In this document: one piece after another, positions 16,017 through 21,671 of the stretch | Layout of the letters: the number at the start of each line of letters is the position of its first letter | How positions within the stretch are numbered: the stretch's first letter is position 1 | NCBI GenBank assembly: GCA_031416315.1 | Contig: JANOTL010000007.1 | Span: 1 to 21,671 of the forward strand | Source of the DNA: Pseudomonadota bacterium | GTDB lineage: Bacteria; Bdellovibrionota_B; Oligoflexia; Oligoflexales; CAIYRB01 | Direction of reading: 5' to 3' | Length of the DNA stretch: 21,671 bases | The notes under the pieces: model-generated | The model's input: only the letters and a program-made list of their open reading frames with translations | What the model was told of the DNA's origin: nothing | The model's database searches: none | Translations under genes and position numbers: made by a program

Positions 16017-16033
16017 AGCAAGGGGCGTGCCGG
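16017..16033 (-). promoter_or_regulatory. Putative sigma54 (-24/-12) promoter
   Basis: Minus strand CCGGCACGCCCCTTGCT has exact GG-N10-GC spacing and matches TGGCACG-N4-TTGCW except at the first base. About 48 nt upstream of ATG 15968. Confidence 0.7.
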
Positions 16034-16085
16034 AGCTAAGTGATCGGAACAACAGGCGGCTTAGGCGCCCAAGACCGTCGAAGGT

Positions 16086-18050
16086 TTAGGCGGCCTCGGA
16101 AATCGAGCCAGCAAACGCCGTCTCGCCGTCGTCCTCGGCGATGACGATCAGCTTGTCGCCCGGCCGGAAGCACAGGGCGGCCTGCTGGCTCGGGTTCAGG
16201 AGCGGATCGACGCCGGGGCGGTAGCAACCGATGGCGACTTCGTTGAACTGCTTGGCGACGTTCTGCACCGTGAGCCAAGAGACGCTGCGGCCCGACGCGA
16301 CGTAGCGGTCCGTGCTCTTCAGATAAATCTCGCTGCCGTCGGGGCTGAAAAGGTCGGCAAAGACCAAGTTCAGCTCGCGTTGCTCGGCGACCTGCGCCAA
16401 GAGCATCGAGGTCATCTCGCTCGAGACGACGAAGTCGCTGGAGTCGTCGGTGGAGACGAGATCTTTCGTGCGCGTGTCCAGGATCTCGCTGATGATGCGC
16501 GGGCGCTGGCCCGGGCCCTTCTTCTCGAAGAGGTCGCGGAGCATCAACAGGGAGATCACGGTCCGGGCGTCCGCTTCGTCTGGCGTCAGCGTGTCATTCG
16601 CGACGAGCAAGACGGAGTCGTAGGTCCCGTTTTCGATCTCGGTCAGGTCGAAGGGATTGGTCGGGTCGCCGGCAAGAATCTTCAGGGTCAGCTTCTTCAG
16701 GTCTTTGCCGACCGGCATCGCGGCGAGGTCGTGGTCGCCGGCCATCAGGTGAAGCTCGGAGCCGACGGAAGCGTAGTTGTCGAATTCGGCGATCAGATCC
16801 TCGAGGTCGGAGCGGAAACCCATGACGAGGATGCGCTCTGCGGACTTGCCGCGACCGGCAAAAGGGGGCGGCGAAAGCATCTCGGTCGGCATCGGGCCCG
16901 CCGGGTCGACGCCGAAGCTGTCGTCGTCCTCCGCCAGGACCAAGAGCTCGTCGCCGGGAAGGATGGCCAAGCTGGGCGCCGGATTCACCAGCACCTGGAT
17001 GTTGCCGGTGTCGCCGTCGACGCGGCGGATGCCCATGGCGACCGCGCGCTGGAGGAGCTGGTGCACGTCGCCGAAGCGCGTGCCCGCGAGCTCAGGGAAG
17101 CCTTTGATGTAGAGCTCGGAGCCTTCGAAGCGGAGGAGCTCGCGGTAGACGCCGGCGAGGCCGCTTTGCCGAGCCGTCTGGACCATGAGCCGCGCGAGCG
17201 TGTCGCGCATGGCGACGACCTCGACGCCTTTGCCGCCGAGGCGCTGGATCACGGGAATGCGGTGGCTCTGCACGACCTCGACGACGGCGTGGTTTTTCGT
17301 CAAAGCGCCGCTGACGCGGCGAAGCGCGAGCACGGCTTTGATCGCGTTCATGTCGGGATCCGTGCCCTCGGCGTCGACGGCTTCGGAGAGGACGATGATG
17401 CTCTTGGCGCGGCCGGCGCCGACCTTGCGGAGGTCTCCGGGCGAGAACGCCGAGCCTTGGCGGACGACGACTCGGGTGGTGCGCAGGTCGCCCAAGCGCT
17501 CACGGACCTGCGCTTCGACCTCGATCTTGTCGAAAGGCGAGAGGATCACGACCGTCGCGCTTTTCTGGTTGGCGTTGGCTTCGCGCAGCTCGCGCAGAAT
17601 CGGGTAGACCTTCTCGCAAAAGCCGAGGATCAGGATGTGGTTCGAGTCGATGACGGGGCTCTTGCCGCGGCGGAGATCTTCGATCTTCTCGCCGATGGTC
17701 GAGCTGACGAGGCCGATCAGGACGGCGACGACCATGACGCCGCCGAGGGTCGCGAGGAGCGCGATGACGCGAAACCAAGTCTCTTTGTCCTCGCCCATCG
17801 AGCCGGCATCCGCGACGCGGAGAAGCGCCCACCACATGGCCTCGGGCAGGTCGCCCTTCAGCTCGTTGCCGCTCGGCGCGATCAAGTCCGCGAGGCCGCC
17901 GCAGCCGAGCACGATCAGAAACGCGAGGACGAAGAGGCCGATGAAACGGCTCGCCGGGCCCCGCGACATGAAGAGGTCGATGCGATATCGAACACGATCC
18001 CCGAAGGTCGGAGCGTCGTTCTGCGGCGGTTTTTTCGGGCGAGCGGTCAC
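16086..18050 (-). CDS. CASTOR/POLLUX (DMI1)-related cation channel with tandem RCK domains, 654 aa
   Basis: N-terminal TM helix, pore WWALLRVADAGSMG, second TM helix, LRRGKSPVIDSNHILILG, ARLMVQTARQSGLAGVYRELLRFEGSELY, EADARTVISLL, DFVVSSEM and FSPDGSEIYLK. GTG start with GGAGG. Confidence 0.88.
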   Translation of the reverse strand: MTARPKKPPQNDAPTFGDRVRYRIDLFMSRGPASRFIGLFVLAFLIVLGCGGLADLIAPSGNELKGDLPEAMWWALLRVADAGSMGEDKETWFRVIALLATLGGVMVVAVLIGLVSSTIGEKIEDLRRGKSPVIDSNHILILGFCEKVYPILRELREANANQKSATVVILSPFDKIEVEAQVRERLGDLRTTRVVVRQGSAFSPGDLRKVGAGRAKSIIVLSEAVDAEGTDPDMNAIKAVLALRRVSGALTKNHAVVEVVQSHRIPVIQRLGGKGVEVVAMRDTLARLMVQTARQSGLAGVYRELLRFEGSELYIKGFPELAGTRFGDVHQLLQRAVAMGIRRVDGDTGNIQVLVNPAPSLAILPGDELLVLAEDDDSFGVDPAGPMPTEMLSPPPFAGRGKSAERILVMGFRSDLEDLIAEFDNYASVGSELHLMAGDHDLAAMPVGKDLKKLTLKILAGDPTNPFDLTEIENGTYDSVLLVANDTLTPDEADARTVISLLMLRDLFEKKGPGQRPRIISEILDTRTKDLVSTDDSSDFVVSSEMTSMLLAQVAEQRELNLVFADLFSPDGSEIYLKSTDRYVASGRSVSWLTVQNVAKQFNEVAIGCYRPGVDPLLNPSQQAALCFRPGDKLIVIAEDDGETAFAGSISEAA

Positions 18051-18164
18051 GGGTAGCCTCCATGCCTCGTGGCGTGCTTCGGCGCCGTCTGGCAGGCCTT
18101 GAGGAGCGCTGGCGTAAGCGCTTGGATTTCCTGTATCCTAGGCTTCCGATTTGCCGGAGAGACC

Positions 18165-19487
18165 ATGGCGCGCGCGACCCTCTACTTAGGCGAAACCTGG
18201 CACGTGCCGGAGGAGCCGCCGCTCACGGGAACGGGCGCGGGATTCGTCCGCGGCTTTCGGCGCGGCGGGTTGGCGGTCGACGCCTCAGGGAAGATCCTGG
18301 CGCATGCGGAGCGCGACGCGCTTCGGACGCAATTCCCGGACGCGACGGTCGTGGATCTCGAAGGCAAGCTCATCCTTCCTGGGTTCGTCGACGCGCACGT
18401 GCATTTTCCGCAGTTGGATTTGATCGGGAGTTACGGCGAGGAGCTTCTCGGTTGGCTCGAGCGGTACACGTATCCGGCGGAGGCGGCTTTCGCAGATGCC
18501 GGGATCGCGGCCCTGGCAGGCGACCGCTTCGTCACCGAGCTATTGGCGAACGGGACGACCTTCGCCGCCGCTTACGCGAGCGTGCACCAGGTCTCCGCCG
18601 AGGCCTTGTTCGCCGCTTGCGAGAAGCGCGGCGTACGGGCCGTCGTCGGCAAAGTGAGCATGGACCGTGAGGCGCCGGGCGAGCTGACGCAGGACGTCGC
18701 CGCGGATTTCGCGGCCAATGCCGCGCTGATCAAGACCTGGCACGGGCGCGACGGGCGCCTCTTCTCCGCATTGACGCCGCGGTTCGCGGTGAGCTGCACG
18801 CGGGAGATGCTGAAGCGACTCGGTGAGCTGGCGCAGTTCGAGCCCTCGGTCTTCGTGCAGAGCCATCACGCGGAGAACAAGGCGGAGATCGCCGCGGTGG
18901 CGCGGCTTTTTCCCGAGGCGGCGCACTACCTCGACGTCTACGGACGTGCGGGCTTGCTCGGCGCGCGGACCGTGCTGGCGCACACGATCCATCCGACCGA
19001 GGCGGAGGTCTTGATGCTGGCTACGACGCAGACCGTCGTCGCGCACTGTCCGACGTCGAACCTCTTTCTCGGCAGCGGGCTCTTTCCGATGCGGCGGCTC
19101 GCGGCGGCGGGCGTGCGCATGGCGCTTGGCACGGACGTCGGCGGCGGCACGAGCTTCTCGATGTGGCGCACGATGGCTTCGGCGTACGAGGTGCAAAGAC
19201 TGCAAGACGTGAGCGTGTCGCCCGCGCGACTTTTTTACCTCGCAACGCGCGGCGGCGCGGCGGCGTTCGGCATGGGCGCGACGTTCGGGGCGTTCGAAGT
19301 CGGGATGGAGGCCGACTTCCAGGTGCTCGATCCGGCGCGGTCGCGGCTCGTCTCCGCGCGGTTTTCACGCGAAACCAACGCGGAGGCGCGACTTTTCGCG
19401 CTGCTTTTCCTGGCGGACGACCGGCTGGTCGAGTCGGTCTTCGTGCGTGGGCGCCAGGTGCTCGCCGGCCCTCAAGTCGGCGCTTGA
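18165..19487 (+). CDS. guaD: Guanine deaminase, 440 aa
   Basis: PGFVDAHVHFPQ, LLGWLERYTYPAE, TPRFAVSC, QSHHAEN, AHCPTSNLFLGSG and GTDVGGGTSFSM. Start ATG 18165 with GGAG RBS. Confidence 0.93.
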   Translation: MARATLYLGETWHVPEEPPLTGTGAGFVRGFRRGGLAVDASGKILAHAERDALRTQFPDATVVDLEGKLILPGFVDAHVHFPQLDLIGSYGEELLGWLERYTYPAEAAFADAGIAALAGDRFVTELLANGTTFAAAYASVHQVSAEALFAACEKRGVRAVVGKVSMDREAPGELTQDVAADFAANAALIKTWHGRDGRLFSALTPRFAVSCTREMLKRLGELAQFEPSVFVQSHHAENKAEIAAVARLFPEAAHYLDVYGRAGLLGARTVLAHTIHPTEAEVLMLATTQTVVAHCPTSNLFLGSGLFPMRRLAAAGVRMALGTDVGGGTSFSMWRTMASAYEVQRLQDVSVSPARLFYLATRGGAAAFGMGATFGAFEVGMEADFQVLDPARSRLVSARFSRETNAEARLFALLFLADDRLVESVFVRGRQVLAGPQVGA

Positions 19488-19855
19488 GGCGCCGCTCGAC
19501 AGGCTTCGAGCACCTTTACGATCATCGCGTCGGTGTCGAAGGGCTTCTGAAACAAGCCCGCCGCCCCACGAGCCATCGCCTCCTCGCGCGTCAGCACGAC
19601 GAACCCCGACATCAAGAACGTCGGCGTCGGGCGGCCTAGCCGTCGCACTTCCGCCAAGATGTCGAGACCGCTACCTTCTGGCATGGCGACGTCGGTCAAG
19701 ATGACGTCGACGACGTGGGTCTGGAGGAGAGCGATCGCAGCAGAGGGGCTGCTCGCCACCACAGTCTCGAAGCCGGCGTCGGCGAACGCGAACACCAAGA
19801 TCTCGAGGATGTCGACCTCGTCGTCGACCAACAGCACCTTGAGCTTAGGCGCCAA
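19472..19855 (-). CDS. Single-domain response regulator (CheY-like), 127 aa
   Basis: VLLVDDE, ILTDVAMPEGSG, LMSG and QKPF. Overlaps the kinase stop by 11 bp and the guaD 3' end by 16 bp. Confidence 0.92.
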   Translation of the reverse strand: MAPKLKVLLVDDEVDILEILVFAFADAGFETVVASSPSAAIALLQTHVVDVILTDVAMPEGSGLDILAEVRRLGRPTPTFLMSGFVVLTREEAMARGAAGLFQKPFDTDAMIVKVLEACRAAPQAPT

Positions 19856-21401
19856 GGTCGACCTCGAGTCGCCGGACGCGGGCGGCCGGCAGCGCGATCG
19901 CGAGACATGCGCCGCTCGACGTGGGCCGCACGGTGAGCGTGCCGTCGTGGTCCTCGCAAATGCCTTTCGAGATGCTCAATCCCAGCCCTGTGCCTTTTCC
20001 AGGCCCCTTTGTCGTGAAGAAAGGCTCCATGATCGCGTCCACGAGCTCCGCGGGGACGCCCGGCCCGGTGTCGCTCACTTCGATCGCGAGGCCGCCGTCG
20101 GGCGCCGCGCGGGTCCCGATCCGGATAATTTTCGTCGGAGCGTGCGCAACCGCGTCGAAGGCGTTGACGACGAGATTCAACAAGACCTGAGCGATGCGGA
20201 TGGGCTGACACTCGATGGCGACGTCGCCCGCGACCTCCGAGCAGTCGATCTCGACGCCGGAAAGTCGCAGCTTCTCCGCGCACATTGCGAGCGTTTCTTG
20301 GACGAGATGGACGACGGGCGTCACATGCAACGGATCGCGGGACCCGTCACGCGAGAAGTCCTTGAGGCCGCTCACGATCGCCGCGATGCGGTCGACGGTC
20401 CGTGAGACCATCCCGGCAAGAAGTTGAAGCCTTTCGAGGTCGACGTCGACGTCTGGCGCCCGGAGCAACCTGTTGATCTGATCCGCGGCGCCCTTGATGA
20501 CGGCGAGGGGGTTGTTGATTTCGTGCGCGACGCCGCCCGCCATTTGACCGAGCGCGGAAAGTCTGGACGCCGTGAGTAGCGCTGCGCGTTGAGTCTCGAT
20601 CGTCGCGCGCTGCGCCAATCGCTCGGTGATGTCCTCGGAGATCCCCAGCAGATAGGCCGGCTCGCCTCGCTCGTCGGTCAAGGTGAATTTTCTGGTGTGC
20701 AACGTTCGCGGTCCATACGCGGTGTTGATCGGCTCCTCGGGGATCTCGATGGGGACACTTCCTTGGATCGTCGCGCGGTCTTTGGCGACGAAGAAGTCGG
20801 CCTGGTCTTTCGGAAACAGGTCGTGGTCGCTACGCCCGATCAACGCGGCGGCGTCGATGCCGAGGAGCGCCTCTCCGGCCTTGTTGAGGCGGACGAAGCG
20901 TAGGTCCTTCGCGTCCTTCAGGAAAATCATGTGCGGAATGCTGTTGAGAATCGACTCGACGAGGCGCTGGCTTTCGACGGCTTCGGCGCGGAGGCTCTGG
21001 ATCGCCGTGACGTCCTGAAAGCAGCCGTAGACGTTGGTCTTGCCGTGTGGGTCGCGACGGGCGGCACCGGTGCTTTGCACCCAGCGACGGTTTCCGTGGG
21101 CGTCTTTGAACGGGACGAGGAGCCTCCAAGATTCTCCGGTCGCGACGGCGCGCGCGAGCGCCTTCTCGATCTGGGCCGCGCCGTCTTGGAGAAAGAAATC
21201 CTCCATCGGCGGCGCGCGCTCGATGTCCTTCGACACGCCGTAAATCCGGTAGATCCCGTCGCTCCACCAGCAGATCCCGTCCTCGAGGATGGCGCTCCAG
21301 GAGCCGATCTGGCCAAACTCCTGGATGAGGGTGTGCCAGTCGTCGGGCCGAGCCGCGCTGTCGAAGACAAACGGGCCTTTGTCGAAATCGCGCCTAGTCA
21401 A
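19845..21401 (-). CDS. Cytoplasmic two-PAS sensor histidine kinase (NtrB-like), 518 aa
   Basis: Two PAS/PAC domains (IGSW...WSDGIYRIYG; ILNSIPHMIFLKD...NKAGE). H-box GVAHEINNPL, N-box QVLLNLVVNAFDA, DTGPG and EPFFTTKGPGKGTGLGL. No TM segment. TTG start with GGAGG. Confidence 0.93.
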   Translation of the reverse strand: MTRRDFDKGPFVFDSAARPDDWHTLIQEFGQIGSWSAILEDGICWWSDGIYRIYGVSKDIERAPPMEDFFLQDGAAQIEKALARAVATGESWRLLVPFKDAHGNRRWVQSTGAARRDPHGKTNVYGCFQDVTAIQSLRAEAVESQRLVESILNSIPHMIFLKDAKDLRFVRLNKAGEALLGIDAAALIGRSDHDLFPKDQADFFVAKDRATIQGSVPIEIPEEPINTAYGPRTLHTRKFTLTDERGEPAYLLGISEDITERLAQRATIETQRAALLTASRLSALGQMAGGVAHEINNPLAVIKGAADQINRLLRAPDVDVDLERLQLLAGMVSRTVDRIAAIVSGLKDFSRDGSRDPLHVTPVVHLVQETLAMCAEKLRLSGVEIDCSEVAGDVAIECQPIRIAQVLLNLVVNAFDAVAHAPTKIIRIGTRAAPDGGLAIEVSDTGPGVPAELVDAIMEPFFTTKGPGKGTGLGLSISKGICEDHDGTLTVRPTSSGACLAIALPAARVRRLEVDLGA

Positions 21402-21671
21402 GATTGAGGCCCTCCATCTAGAGGTTTCGACCCATATCCGCCAAAGGTTGAGTCGGATTTGGAGAATTTACCGACGCCTAGTTCTGGTCCGTTACCGGAA
21501 AGATTTCCGTGTAGGAACAGCGGTTTTCGGCCTAAGAGGGAGTCTAAAAAGGCGCGGGACGCAGGTTTACGGTCCCGCGATCCGCAACCGCTGACCGCTT
21601 GCGGCATTCCGCGGTCCGTGCTCCGCCGACCGCTTTCTGCCTGCCGCTGACGGCATGCTGCTAGCCGCATG

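Noticed and set aside
18051..18164. Possible purine or xanthine riboswitch upstream of guaD
   Set aside because: No recognisable consensus; only a short AGCGC/GCGCT stem in a divergent promoter region.
21553..21579. Hairpin CGCGGGAC...GTCCCGCG containing GGGACGCA, reminiscent of a c-di-GMP-I riboswitch
   Set aside because: Lacks the GCAAAC/GAAA tetraloop stem and the GCAAAGC junction. An Infernal search with RF01051 would be needed to support it.
1..21671. CRISPR array, tRNA/rRNA, integrase or transposase, known defence systems
   Set aside because: No regularly spaced repeats, cloverleaf or rRNA-like sequence, or relevant protein motifs were seen.

Overview
High-GC bacterial chromosomal window with about 18 protein-coding genes and no rRNA, tRNA, CRISPR array or intact transposase. 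Its many orphan lipoproteins, monoheme cytochromes and a DUF1501 locus suggest Bdellovibrionota (Oligoflexia) or Myxococcota, but this is inference only. Left to right: a palindromic repeat cluster and an inverted-repeat-flanked GxxExxY nuclease remnant; a receiver-domain protein; two lipoproteins (one with a VWA domain); an Rsm22/METTL17-family methyltransferase; a three-gene CxxCH lipoprotein / Tat-exported DUF1501 / cytochrome c operon; an orphan lipoprotein with a sigma28-like promoter; a GNAT; a minus-strand run of LLM monooxygenase, class 3 asparaginase, RluA and Rieske oxygenase; a cytochrome c-thioredoxin fusion lipoprotein with a sigma54-like promoter; a CASTOR/POLLUX-like channel; guanine deaminase; and a PAS histidine kinase with its response regulator. 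The most unusual items are the cytochrome c-thioredoxin fusion, a DUF1501 protein that appears to have lost its conserved His/Glu motifs, and the 221-bp GxxExxY deletion element. All family calls come from reading motifs by eye; no database searches were run.
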